Shown piece by piece: positions 10,224 through 19,845 of a stretch of 64,000 bases of DNA. The position numbers were made by a program, and so were the translations under genes. The DNA lies in NCBI GenBank assembly GCA_963745235.1, contig CAVUXE010000053.1:32001-96000 (forward strand), in the 5' to 3' direction. The number at the start of each line of letters is the position of its first letter. Position 1 is the stretch's first letter. The stretch comes from an uncultured Spirochaetota bacterium. GTDB lineage: Bacteria; Spirochaetota; Spirochaetia; SZUA-6; Fen-1364. Below the pieces are notes generated by a model. The model saw nothing but the letters and a program-made list of their open reading frames with translations. It made no database searches and was not told the DNA's origin.

Positions 10224-10740
10224 CGCCTGTTTCTTCCATCAGGAGCAGGACGCAGGAATCCAGCAGAATCCCGAGAGCCTGCTCGAACAGCGTCGCCATG
10301 GGCTGAGCAGAGTGAGAGCCGCTGACCGCGGCGGCTTTCGGAGAAGGGGCGGGTATTCGCACCACGGTGCCGGCTATTTTCCCGAGAGGGGACCCTGGGT
10401 CAATGGTCAAAAGGGCAACCGCGCCGCCGCGCTTTCTGGCCTGCTCCGCAACGGCAACCAGGCTGGACGTGCTCCCTGAGCCCGAGCCCACCACCAGGAT
10501 TTCTCCCGGCGTCAGCGCCGGCGTGGTGGCATCTCCGACAACGTATGCCGGGATTCGCATGTGCATGAGGCGCATCGCAAAACCGCGCATGGCAAGGCCG
10601 GACCTTCCAGCGCCGGCAACAAACACCCCGCTTGCCGCTCGAATGGCCGTGGCGAGACGGCCCACTTCCGCCGCGTCGACCTGGGAGATGACGGAACGGA
10701 TTTCCTCAACCGCGGTGAACCGGATCTGCTCGTAGCTCAT
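10180..10740 (-). CDS. hxlB: 6-phospho-3-hexuloisomerase (SIS domain)
   Basis: VAGAGRSG..FAMRLMH..VGDATTP..GSGSGST..QPMATLFEQ..RHANLE. Confidence 0.93.
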   Translation of the reverse strand: MSYEQIRFTAVEEIRSVISQVDAAEVGRLATAIRAASGVFVAGAGRSGLAMRGFAMRLMHMRIPAYVVGDATTPALTPGEILVVGSGSGSTSSLVAVAEQARKRGGAVALLTIDPGSPLGKIAGTVVRIPAPSPKAAAVSGSHSAQPMATLFEQALGILLDSCVLLLMEETGVSEQKMFERHANLE

Positions 10741-11599
10741 GTTTCCTCACACGATAGGTGACCCCCACGCGCGGCATCACGCAGCGCACGGGTCCGCCCA
10801 GGCGGGCAATCTTTTCTGCCGCCGTCTGCGGGTCGATTGTGTTGAAGTCGAAGAGACCCCAATGATGGCAGAACAGAAGGCCTATGCCGGCACTGCGGCA
10901 AAGCTGGATGGCCTCCTCCAGGTGGAAGTTCCCGAGCACTCCCCGTGATGTCAGGTATTCGCTCCTGCCGTTGACCGGCAAGAGCGCCACGTCGATTGCG
11001 CTGGCGCGCAGTGTTTCTTCCAGTCCTTCGTAAGGGACGCAGTCACCCGAATGATAGATACGGACGCCGCCAAGGGTCACGATGTACCCGAGGTGCAGGA
11101 GCTCCCCGCGCTCGTTGCGCGCAAGCTGCTCGTGAGCGGCCGCGACCGCATCCACCTGCACACCATCTTCGGGCTCCCGGGTTTCTCCGGCATCCATGGC
11201 GAGAAGTCGCGGCTCCGGGATGCCGAGAGAGACGGCACGCGCGGTCTCCGCGCGCGGAACGATGAACGCGCACGAGGGATTGGCTCGTGCGATGGCGGGA
11301 AGCGTCCCCGGGTCCATGTGATCGGAGTGGCGATGCGTGCACAACACCAGGTCGATTCCGCGCGCTGCCGTCGGCTCCAGGGGGGACGGCATCATGCGGG
11401 TGTGGGGGAGCTCCTTGCCCCGGTACTTTTCAGCAAGGGAGTCCGAAAGGTATGGATCGATGAGGAGGAGATGACCGCCCCCGCGCAGGGCAAAGCCGGC
11501 CTGGCCGAGCCAGTTCAGGCAGACCCCCGAGGGCGCGCGCTGCAGGGTCAGCTCCTGGGCAAGGGTTGACGCGAAGGGATGCTCTTCCATCCGGACCAT
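10706..11599 (-). CDS. MBL-fold metallo-hydrolase (UlaG/lactonase-like)
   Basis: WLGQAGF, IDPYLSDSL, THRHSDHMD, YHSGDC, LPVNG and HHWGLF. Confidence 0.85.
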   Translation of the reverse strand: MVRMEEHPFASTLAQELTLQRAPSGVCLNWLGQAGFALRGGGHLLLIDPYLSDSLAEKYRGKELPHTRMMPSPLEPTAARGIDLVLCTHRHSDHMDPGTLPAIARANPSCAFIVPRAETARAVSLGIPEPRLLAMDAGETREPEDGVQVDAVAAAHEQLARNERGELLHLGYIVTLGGVRIYHSGDCVPYEGLEETLRASAIDVALLPVNGRSEYLTSRGVLGNFHLEEAIQLCRSAGIGLLFCHHWGLFDFNTIDPQTAAEKIARLGGPVRCVMPRVGVTYRVRKHELRADPVHRG

Positions 11600-11624
11600 G
11601 AGACAAAGTATACCTTTAAACACC
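11600..11624. promoter_or_regulatory. Candidate bidirectional promoter with overlapping -10 elements
   Basis: Only 25 bp separate the divergent ATGs. Minus-strand TATACT (11612-11607) is 7 nt from its ATG; plus-strand TACCTT (11611-11616) is 8 nt from its ATG; no RBS on either side. Confidence 0.5.
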
Positions 11625-12251
11625 ATGAAGCTGCAGCTTGCCCTGGACATGGATTCCCTTGCGGCGGCGCGCGCCCTGCTGGAGAAGACCGCGGACCTCG
11701 TCGACATCGCGGAAGTGGGAACCCCGCTGGTGCTGCGGGAGGGGGCCGCGGCCATCCGAGCGCTGAAGAAAGAGTACCCGCACCTCCTGGTCCTCGCGGA
11801 CTTCAAGATCATGGATGCCGGCGCGGAGGAGGCGGCAATCGCCTTCGACGCCGGGGCAGACATTGTCACGGTGCTCGCCGCCGCGGAGACTGTCACGATC
11901 CAGCGGGCCTGCGACATCGCCGCCGACGCCGGCCGCGAAGTCATGGCGGACCTCATTGCCGTCGCGCACCCCGCGCGGCGCGCCGTGGAGATCGCATCCG
12001 CGGGGGTGACCTACCTGTGCTGTCACACGGCTTTCGACATGCAGCTCTCGGGGGCAGACCCCGCGCGTGAGCTCTCCGAGGTGCGCGCCGCGCTCCCCGG
12101 CGCGCGGATCGCCGCGGCAGGGGGCATCACGCCGCAGAGAATCGGCCTGCTGAAGCCGGCCGGGCCGGAAATCATCATTGTGGGCGGCTACGTCACGCGA
12201 GCAACCGACCCGCGCGCCGCGATCCAGGAGGTCAGCGCCGCAATGAGCTGA
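11625..12251 (+). CDS. hxlA: 3-hexulose-6-phosphate synthase
   Basis: MKLQLALD, EVGTP, ADFKIMDAG, AGADIVTVL, CHTAFD (HPS-like rather than KGPDC HRxRD) and AGGI; hxlB lies nearby. Confidence 0.85.
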   Translation: MKLQLALDMDSLAAARALLEKTADLVDIAEVGTPLVLREGAAAIRALKKEYPHLLVLADFKIMDAGAEEAAIAFDAGADIVTVLAAAETVTIQRACDIAADAGREVMADLIAVAHPARRAVEIASAGVTYLCCHTAFDMQLSGADPARELSEVRAALPGARIAAAGGITPQRIGLLKPAGPEIIIVGGYVTRATDPRAAIQEVSAAMS

Positions 12252-12320
12252 TGCGGCCGGCCCTTTTGTCCATTTCTGGCGCGCTTTCGCGGTGGTATGA
12301 TTGGCCACCGAGGTGTGGAC

Positions 12321-13487
12321 ATGGCAAGAGAAACGTTGACCTCCCGTGAGCGGGTTCTGAGAGCCCTCGACCACACGACGCCGGATCGCGTGCCCATAGA
12401 TCTGGGCGGTTTCCAGACCGGCATCCACAGGAAAGCCTACGAGGCGCTGCTGCGGCACCTCGGCATCACGGAAGAGATCACCATCCTGGACCCGGTCCAG
12501 CAGCTTGCCCGGCCGTCAGAGCAGGTCCTGCAGCGCTTCCACGTGGACACGCGCTACCTCGGCGCCCATGGTCCGGACAGCTTTGCCGGCGGGATCAGGA
12601 AAAACACGCGCGGGGGGAAACAGTGGCACGACCTTCGCGACGAGTTTGGCGTGGTCTGGTCCATGCCGGAGGACCAGATGCTGTTCATGGACATTTCGCA
12701 TCATCCCCTGGCGGAAGCGACCGTCCAGGACATCGCCCGGTATCCTTTTCCCACGGGCAACGATCCCACCCGGTTCACGGGTGTCCGCGAGCAGGCCCTC
12801 ACCTTGCGGGGCTCCTCGGATGCGGCAATCTGCACGGCAATCGGCGGCGTGGTTTATGAAACCTGCTGGTACATGAGGGGCCTGGAGCGCTGGTTCATGG
12901 ACATGCTGGAGAACCCGGGCTTCTGCGAGGCCCTCCTTGACCGGGTCCTCGAGTACTGGCTGGGCTTCTATGACGGCTTCCTGGGAGAGGTCGGTGACCT
13001 GGTTGATGTCGTGATGATCGGGGATGATCTTGCCGGGCAGAACGGGCCCCTTTTCTCCCCCGCTTTCTACCGAAAGATCGTAAAGCCGCGGCAGAAAGCG
13101 CTCGTCCAGCACATCAAGACGCTGACACGGGCCCGGATCTGGTACCACACCTGCGGCTCGTGCGTCGAATATATTCCGGACCTGATCGACAACGGCGCTG
13201 ACATCCTGAACCCCGTGCAGATCAGCGCAAAAGACATGGACCCCCGGAGCCTGAAGCAGAGGTTCGGGGCGCGCATCACGTTCTGGGGCGGCGGTATCGA
13301 CGCGCAGCGCGTCCTGCCCTTTGGCTCGCCGCGGGACGTGAGAGACGAGGTTCATCGCAACCTGGACATCTTCAAGACCGGCGGGGGCTACGTCTTCAAC
13401 AACGTCCATAACATCCAGCACGGAGTCCCCGTGGAGAACATCGTGGCGCTTTTCGACGCGGCCTACGAGTTCGGCTTCTCCTCTTAA
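12321..13487 (+). CDS. Uroporphyrinogen decarboxylase/MtaA-CmuA family protein
   Basis: SRERVLRAL.H..PDRVP.D, DEFGVVW, RGLERW, GDDLAGQ, YHTCGS, LNPVQ, FWGGGIDAQ and HNIQ; GAGGTG RBS. Confidence 0.85.
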   Translation: MARETLTSRERVLRALDHTTPDRVPIDLGGFQTGIHRKAYEALLRHLGITEEITILDPVQQLARPSEQVLQRFHVDTRYLGAHGPDSFAGGIRKNTRGGKQWHDLRDEFGVVWSMPEDQMLFMDISHHPLAEATVQDIARYPFPTGNDPTRFTGVREQALTLRGSSDAAICTAIGGVVYETCWYMRGLERWFMDMLENPGFCEALLDRVLEYWLGFYDGFLGEVGDLVDVVMIGDDLAGQNGPLFSPAFYRKIVKPRQKALVQHIKTLTRARIWYHTCGSCVEYIPDLIDNGADILNPVQISAKDMDPRSLKQRFGARITFWGGGIDAQRVLPFGSPRDVRDEVHRNLDIFKTGGGYVFNNVHNIQHGVPVENIVALFDAAYEFGFSS

Positions 13488-13798
13488 TCCATGTGGAAGA
13501 CTTCCGCGAGCTGGACCTGGACGGGTGAATTGTCCGGGTTGGTCTCCATGATGTCCGCCATGTATTTCCACCACTTCTTCACGATCGGGGTTTCGGGCAG
13601 GAGAGCCGACGTGTTGTGGTCCATGAGCTTCTGGAATGCAAAGAGCGTGAGGGTGGACGCGTCGAGGTAGATGGAGTAGTCGGACACGCCAGCCGCCTCC
13701 AGCTCCGTGAGAAGCTCGGGCCAGATCTCGTCATGGCGGCGCCGGTACTCGGCTTCGAATCCCTTCTTGAGCTTCATTGTGAATGCGGCACGTGTCAT
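13484..13798 (-). CDS. rhaM: L-rhamnose mutarotase
   Basis: EYRRRHDEIWPEL..GVSDYSIYLD..KWWKYMADIMETNPDNSP..EVFHMD; AGGAG RBS. Confidence 0.93.
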   Translation of the reverse strand: MTRAAFTMKLKKGFEAEYRRRHDEIWPELLTELEAAGVSDYSIYLDASTLTLFAFQKLMDHNTSALLPETPIVKKWWKYMADIMETNPDNSPVQVQLAEVFHMD

Positions 13799-13821
13799 GG
13801 GCACTCCTGTTGCAGATCCTT

Positions 13822-14721
13822 CTACTGGTGGACGAAGGCGCTCCACCGCGACGGGGCTATGCCTGTCTTCTTGCGGAACAACCGGGAAAAATAGTACTGG
13901 TCATCGAATCCGAGGCGAAAGGCCACTTCCTTGATCGGCAGCGAGCCGGCCTCCAGGAGCTCCTTCGCCTTCCTGATCTTGATGCTGATGAAATACTGGT
14001 AGGGGGTCATGGCGGTGTAGGACTTGAACACCGCGTTGAGGTGGGACGTGCTCACCCCGAGGGTTCCCCCAATGCGGACCAGGTTCACTTCGCGGTCGAT
14101 GTTTTCTTCCATCAGGAACTTTGCCTTCTCAACGAGCCCCTCGGAGCTGGAATGCTGCACTGTTTTCCGTTCGTGGGCAAGCACCTCGGCAATCAGGGTG
14201 AGCACGAGCGAGCTTGCCCTGATCTGGTACAGGGGCTGCTGGTTTCTCACGAGCTCGAAGATCCTTCCATAGATGTCGAGAAGGCTGTTCTGAAGTCCCA
14301 CTTCGTAGGTGGGCTTCCGGGGCGAGAGGAAACCCTGATCCCGCAGCGTGTCCGCGTGGGGGCCCTTGAATCCGACCCAGTACTCGGTCCACCCGACGTC
14401 GAAGTCCGGCTTGTAATGATGACGGATTCCCGGGAAGATCATCATGACCGTTCCCGGGACGACCACGTGCGTCTTCTGGCTCGTTTCGAACACGCCGCGG
14501 CCCTTCGTGATGTAGACGATCTGGTATTCGACGAGGGTCCGCCCGACCGCCACCGACTTGAACGCCTGCGGGTGGCCTTCCTTGTTGGGCGGGTACCGTG
14601 TATGCGGAGGCACCTCGCTGTACCCGGCGTCGGTGCACACCAGCTGCCATTTCTCGTCTTCCTCACTGCAGGTGAGGTAGCGAAAGAAGGCGTTTCGGCC
14701 GTTCGGCTCGATCTGGCCCAT
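13822..14721 (-). CDS. AraC family transcriptional regulator
   Basis: Cupin N-terminus (GRTLVEYQIVYITKG, WTEYWVGF) and C-terminal IKEVAFRLGFDDQYYFSRLFRKKTGIAP. Confidence 0.92.
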   Translation of the reverse strand: MGQIEPNGRNAFFRYLTCSEEDEKWQLVCTDAGYSEVPPHTRYPPNKEGHPQAFKSVAVGRTLVEYQIVYITKGRGVFETSQKTHVVVPGTVMMIFPGIRHHYKPDFDVGWTEYWVGFKGPHADTLRDQGFLSPRKPTYEVGLQNSLLDIYGRIFELVRNQQPLYQIRASSLVLTLIAEVLAHERKTVQHSSSEGLVEKAKFLMEENIDREVNLVRIGGTLGVSTSHLNAVFKSYTAMTPYQYFISIKIRKAKELLEAGSLPIKEVAFRLGFDDQYYFSRLFRKKTGIAPSRWSAFVHQ

Positions 14722-14750
14722 CAAGCTCCTTATACCTCTTTTTCCTTTCC

Positions 14751-14812
14751 CGGACAAGTTTTGTCCATCCGCGGATTTTTGTTCCATCCCGTGGACTGAA
14801 TAGTCCATTCCG
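14751..14812. promoter_or_regulatory. Three ~20-21 bp tandem repeats (GGAC-N6/7-GTCCAT-like); probable AraC binding sites
   Basis: cggacaagttttgtccatccg / cggatttttgttccatcccg / tggactgaatagtccattccg, between the divergent araC and isomerase genes. Confidence 0.65.
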
Positions 14813-14845
14813 AGCAGCGGAGTCCCCGTTGGATACTGGAGCCAG

Positions 14846-16279
14846 ATGCACGAGCGCGGGGCACGAGGCAGGATCGGGCTTTTTGGCATTGGCCTGGACA
14901 CGTATTGGCCGCAGTTCAAAGGGCTGAAGGAACGCCTGCAGGGATACCAGGAGTACATCGCGGGACGCATCTCATCGCTTCACGTCGAGGTGGTTGACGC
15001 CGGGCTGGTCGACTCACCGGACAAGGCCCGGGCCGCGGCGCGGCTTTTCACCGAGCGCAACGTGGAGGCGATCTTCCTCTACATCTCGACATACGCCCTG
15101 TCGCATACCGTGCTTCCCGTGGCGCAGCAGGCCGGCGTCCCGATCATCGTCTTGAACCTCCAGCCGGTGCCCGCCATCGACTACGAGAAGTTCAACTCCC
15201 TCGGTGACCGCGGCGTCATGACAGGAGAGTGGCTCGCTCACTGCCAGGCCTGCTGCGCTCCTGAAATCGCCAACGTGTTCAACACCTGCGGGATCGACTA
15301 CAACCTCGTGACCGGGTGGCTGAAAGAGGAGTCCGCGTGGGAGCAGATCACCTCCTGGGTGGACGCCATCGCGGTCCGCGCGGAGATCCGCGACGCGCGG
15401 GTGGGCATCCTGGGGCATTACTACGAAGGGATGCTGGACGTCTATACCGATGTGACGCGTCTTGCCTCGGTATTCGGCACCCACTTCGAGCTCATCGAAA
15501 TGGACACGCTCAAGAGTCATCGCGACCGCGTGGGACCAGTGGCAATCCGCGACAAGCTCACCCAGTTCCAGAAGGAGTTCCGCGTGTCACCGGAATGCGA
15601 GACCTCCGAGCTTGAACGCGCCGCCAGGACCTCGTGCGCGCTGGACTCCCTGGTTGCAGACTCCCGCCTGGGCGCAATGGCATATTATTATGAGGGAGCC
15701 GGGGGAAACGATCATGAGGACATCGTGACGTCCGTCATCGCGGGCAACACGCTGCTCACGTCCCACAACGTCCCGATCGCGGGCGAATGCGAGGTCAAGA
15801 ATGTCATGGCGATGAAGATCATGGATTGCTTTGGAGCCGGGGGTTCCTTCTCCGAGCTCTACGCCGTAGACTTCAACGACGACGTGGTGCTCTGGGGCCA
15901 TGACGGGCCCGCTCATTCGGCAATCGCAGAGGGGCCCGTGGGCCTTGTGCCGCTGCCGGTGTACCATGGGAAGCCGGGCAAGGGTCTGTCCATCCAGATG
16001 AGCGTGCGTCACGGGCCGGTGACTCTCCTTTCGGTGGTGCAGGGAAGGGGCGGTACGACATTCCTTCTCACGGCGGAAGGAGAGGCGGTTCCCGGTCCGA
16101 CCCTGCAGATCGGGAATACCAACAGCAGGTACAGGTTCCCGCTGTCGGCCCGCGCGTTCACGGACCGCTGGTCGAGGGCGGGGCCGGCGCACCACTGCGC
16201 CATCGGCGTCGGGCACCTCGCCGACAGGGTTGACAAGCTCGCGCATCTCCTCAAAATCGAGTGTCTGAAGGTCTGTTGA
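14846..16279 (+). CDS. L-fucose/L-arabinose isomerase family protein
   Basis: GLDTYWPQF, YEGMLD, AGECEVKN, SFSELYA.DF, GHDGPAH and GPAHHCAIGVGH. Confidence 0.85.
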   Translation: MHERGARGRIGLFGIGLDTYWPQFKGLKERLQGYQEYIAGRISSLHVEVVDAGLVDSPDKARAAARLFTERNVEAIFLYISTYALSHTVLPVAQQAGVPIIVLNLQPVPAIDYEKFNSLGDRGVMTGEWLAHCQACCAPEIANVFNTCGIDYNLVTGWLKEESAWEQITSWVDAIAVRAEIRDARVGILGHYYEGMLDVYTDVTRLASVFGTHFELIEMDTLKSHRDRVGPVAIRDKLTQFQKEFRVSPECETSELERAARTSCALDSLVADSRLGAMAYYYEGAGGNDHEDIVTSVIAGNTLLTSHNVPIAGECEVKNVMAMKIMDCFGAGGSFSELYAVDFNDDVVLWGHDGPAHSAIAEGPVGLVPLPVYHGKPGKGLSIQMSVRHGPVTLLSVVQGRGGTTFLLTAEGEAVPGPTLQIGNTNSRYRFPLSARAFTDRWSRAGPAHHCAIGVGHLADRVDKLAHLLKIECLKVC

Positions 16280-16294
16280 CAGGAGTCCATCAAA

Positions 16295-17798
16295 GTGGCT
16301 GACCGCATCCTTGAGCTTGCGCACATCACAAAGACCTTTCCGGGAGTGAAAGCCCTGGACGACGTGCATTTCGATCTGCTGCGCGGGGAGATCCATGCGC
16401 TCATCGGGGAGAACGGGGCCGGCAAGTCCACCCTCATCAAGGTGATCACCGGCGTCTACCAGCCGGACTCCGGCCAGATACTCCTGGACGGGGCACCGGT
16501 GGAGATCCACAGCACCGCTGATTCGCAGAAGCTCGGGATCGCCGCTATTTATCAGCACGTCACCTGCTACCCGGACCTGTCCGTCACGGAGAACATCTTC
16601 ATCGGCCATGAGAAAATCCAGCCCCTGACCCGAAAGATCGACTGGAAGGACCTTCACCAGAGGGCGGGAGAGCTGCTCGCGCAACTGGATGCGGATTTCG
16701 ATCCCCGTGCGCCCATGGGGAACCTTTCCGTGGCGCAGCAGCAGATCGTTGAGATCGCCAAAGCGCTTTCAACGAACGCGCGCATCATCATCATGGACGA
16801 ACCGACTGCGCCTCTGACTGCCCGCGAGAGCGAGGACCTTTACCGGACCACGGAAGGGCTGCGCGACAAGGGAGTCTCCATCATCTTCATCTCCCACCGC
16901 ATGGAGGACATGTACCGCCTTGCCGAGCCGGGTGACCGTGTTCCGGGATGCCCGCTACGTGGGCACGTGGAACCTGAACGAGGTGAAGCGGGAAGAGCTC
17001 ATCATGGCCATGGTGGGCCGCGAGATCACGCAGTTCTTCCCGAAACGCAAGGTCGCCATCGGAGAGGAGATCTTCCGCGTGGAAGGACTCTCCCGCACCG
17101 GGTACTTCAAGGACGTGTCGTTTTCCGTTCGCAAGGGGGAAATCCTCGCCATGACGGGCCTGATCGGGGCTGGCCGCACCGAGGTGTGTGAATCCATCTA
17201 CGGTGTCACGCACCCCGACAAGGGACGCATCATCCTGAACGGCAGGGAGCTGCACATCGCCAATCCCGCCCAGGCAATCGAGCTGGGCATCGGCTACCTT
17301 CCGGAGGACCGTCTGCGCCAGGGCCTCGTGCTGGAGTGGGAGCTTTCCAAGAACGTGACGCTTCCGACCCTGAAACAGTTCGCCACGCTGGGCTGGCTCC
17401 ATCCGAAGAAGGAAAACGAGGTCACCAAGGAGCTCGCGGAAAAGCTGGAGGTGCGCGCGGGCAGCGTCTTCGACCTGGCCGCCACGCTGTCTGGCGGGAA
17501 CCAGCAGAAGATCATCGTCGCCAAGCTTCTTGCCGGCACCATGAAGGTCATCATCCTTGATGAGCCGACCAAGGGCGTGGACGTGGGAGCCAAGACCGCC
17601 ATCTTCAATATCATGAACGATCTTGCAGAGATGGGGTATGGAATCATCATGGTCTCCTCGGAGATGGCGGAGGTGCTGGGCATGAGCGACAGGATTGTCG
17701 TCATGCGGGACGGGCGGGTCGCCGCCACCATGGACACGGCCGGCAGCACCCAGGAGCAGATCCTCCGCGCCGCCATGCCGGAGACGGTGCACGCATGA
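16295..17798 (+). CDS. Sugar ABC transporter ATP-binding protein (CUT2, RhaT-like); frameshift near 16925
   Basis: GENGAGKST, IMDEPT, GLIGAGRTE, LSGGNQQK and DEPTKGVDVGAK. Confidence 0.92.
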
Positions 17799-18781
17799 GG
17801 CGGGCCGCTTCGTTCACGGAGAGCTTCCGAGAGCTGGGTCTCCTGGTCTTCATCGTCGTGATCTGCGCGATTTTTCAGGTCCGCAACCGCAACTTCCTCA
17901 CCCTTGAGAACATCCAGGACCTCCTGACGAACACGGCCATCCTGAGCATCATGTCCGTCGGCATGATGATGGTCATCCTGACTCGAGGAATCGATCTCTC
18001 CGTCGGGGCCGTCGTCGCCCTGGCGGGCATGGTCAGCGCGCTCACGGTGCAGTACTTCCGGGGCATCTCCCCGGTCGTCTCGATCCTGGAGGCGGTTGCC
18101 GTGGGGACCGCGGCGGGCGTGCTCATCGGGCTCCTCGTGGCCCGCTTCAACGTCTTGCCCATCATTGCGACCCTCGGCACCATGAACATCATCCGCGGCT
18201 TCACCTACGTGATCAGCGGGGGCGCCTGGGTGAGCTCGTACCAGATGTCACGGGGATTCAAGGAGATCGCCACGGGAGAGGTGCTGGGGGTGAGCAACCT
18301 CATCATCGTTGCCGTGGTCATCAACGTGCTGTTCTTCTATTTCATCAACCACATGCGCACCGGGCGCCAGATCTATGCCGTGGGCTCGAACCCCGAGGCG
18401 GCGGACATTTCGGGCATTCCGCGCCGGCGGATCGTCTGGCTGGTGTACACCCTCATGGGCGCCTTGTCGGGGCTCGGTGGCGTGATCTGGGTGGCCAAGT
18501 TCGCCTCCGCGCAAAGCGACACGGCAACGGGGTTCGAGCTCTCCGTCATCGCCGCCACGGTGCTGGGCGGCGTGAGCATAGCGGGAGGAAGCGGGAAGGT
18601 GTCGGGGCTGATCCTGGGGACAATTCTCCTGGGCATCCTGAACAACGCGCTGCCCCTCATCAACGTTTCCCCGTTCTGGCAGCAGGCCATCCAGGGAATC
18701 GTGATCCTGGCGGCCGTGCTCACGAACGTGCTGGTCAAGAGGAACAGCCAGAGATTTGCGCTGCGAAGGCGCGCCATTTAG
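17795..18781 (+). CDS. Sugar ABC transporter permease
   Basis: GIDLSVG, TGRQIYAVGSNPEAA and ELSVIAATVLGGVSI.GG.G. Confidence 0.92.
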   Translation: MRRAASFTESFRELGLLVFIVVICAIFQVRNRNFLTLENIQDLLTNTAILSIMSVGMMMVILTRGIDLSVGAVVALAGMVSALTVQYFRGISPVVSILEAVAVGTAAGVLIGLLVARFNVLPIIATLGTMNIIRGFTYVISGGAWVSSYQMSRGFKEIATGEVLGVSNLIIVAVVINVLFFYFINHMRTGRQIYAVGSNPEAADISGIPRRRIVWLVYTLMGALSGLGGVIWVAKFASAQSDTATGFELSVIAATVLGGVSIAGGSGKVSGLILGTILLGILNNALPLINVSPFWQQAIQGIVILAAVLTNVLVKRNSQRFALRRRAI

Positions 18782-18791
18782 GGAGTTGCAG

Positions 18792-19832
18792 GTGGAGAGG
18801 TCCATTCGGGTCGAGAGACTGTGGAGCTGGCGCACGTTCTTCCTGCAGTGGGAATGGCTCCTGGTGCTGATCTTCATCGCCGTCAACGTCATCAACAGCA
18901 CCCTCTCACCGTACTACTTCACGGCTGACACGTTCCTCCAGACCCCCATGACGTTCCTGGACATGGCCTTCCTCGTGCTCCCCATGACCATGGTCATCAT
19001 CCTCGGGAACATCGATATCTCCGTCGGCTCCACCGTCGCGCTTTCCGCGGTGGTCATGGCCGTGGCCTACAACGCGGGCCTGCCCATGGTGCCGGCCGTG
19101 CTCCTGTGCCTCCTGGTGGCCAGCGCGTGCGGCTTCATCAACGGCCTCCTCATGACGAGGTTCAAGGAGCTGTCCTCCGTCATCGTGACCCTGGCCACCA
19201 TGATCATCTACCGCGGCATAGCCTACGTGATCCTGCAGGACCAGGCGGCAGGGAAGTTCCCGAAATGGTACTCCTCACTCGGCTGGGGGTCGGTGGGCAA
19301 GGTGCCCATCATCCTCATCGTGTTCGCCATCTGCGCGGTGATTTTCGGGCTGCTCCTGCACAAGACGAGCTTCGGGCGAAAGATCTACGGCATGGGCAGC
19401 AACCTGACCGCCTCCCGCTACTCGGGGGTCAAGACTGACTCCATCATCATGATCGTGAGCGTGCTGACCGGTCTCATGGCCGGGTTCACGGCTCTCTTCC
19501 TCACCTCGCGCATGGGGAGCACCCGGCCGAACGTTGCCCAGGGCTACGAGCTTTCCGTGATCGCAATGGTGGTCCTGGGCGGCGTGAGCACCTCCGGGGG
19601 CAAGGGGAGGATCGCGGGGCCGCTTCTTGCAATTTTCATCATCGGCTTCCTGAACTACGGGCTCGGGTTGGTGAACGTCCAGGCGCAGGTGCTCTTGATA
19701 ATCGTGGGGTTCCTTCTGATTCTTTCGGTTCTCGTTCTCAACGTCAGGTTTCGTGGACGGTACCAGCGTTCGGTGCCCTCGGCGACGAAAAAGGTCGCCG
19801 CTCAGGAGCATCCGAACGACAACACTCCATAA
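18792..19832 (+). CDS. Sugar ABC transporter permease
   Basis: NIDISVG, FGRKIYGMGSN..ASRYSG and ELSVIAMVVLGGVS; GTG start after GGGAG is approximate. Confidence 0.9.
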   Translation: MERSIRVERLWSWRTFFLQWEWLLVLIFIAVNVINSTLSPYYFTADTFLQTPMTFLDMAFLVLPMTMVIILGNIDISVGSTVALSAVVMAVAYNAGLPMVPAVLLCLLVASACGFINGLLMTRFKELSSVIVTLATMIIYRGIAYVILQDQAAGKFPKWYSSLGWGSVGKVPIILIVFAICAVIFGLLLHKTSFGRKIYGMGSNLTASRYSGVKTDSIIMIVSVLTGLMAGFTALFLTSRMGSTRPNVAQGYELSVIAMVVLGGVSTSGGKGRIAGPLLAIFIIGFLNYGLGLVNVQAQVLLIIVGFLLILSVLVLNVRFRGRYQRSVPSATKKVAAQEHPNDNTP

Positions 19833-19845
19833 GGAGGAGGACGCT

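Noticed and set aside
11625-12251. UlaD/KGPDC with UlaG as an ascorbate pathway
   Set aside because: The HTAFD motif and the presence of hxlB favour HPS; no UlaE or PTS genes are nearby.
14751-14812. Short repeats here and at 28022-28054 as a mini-CRISPR
   Set aside because: Units are too short and degenerate, lack unique spacers, no cas genes are present, and they sit in promoters.
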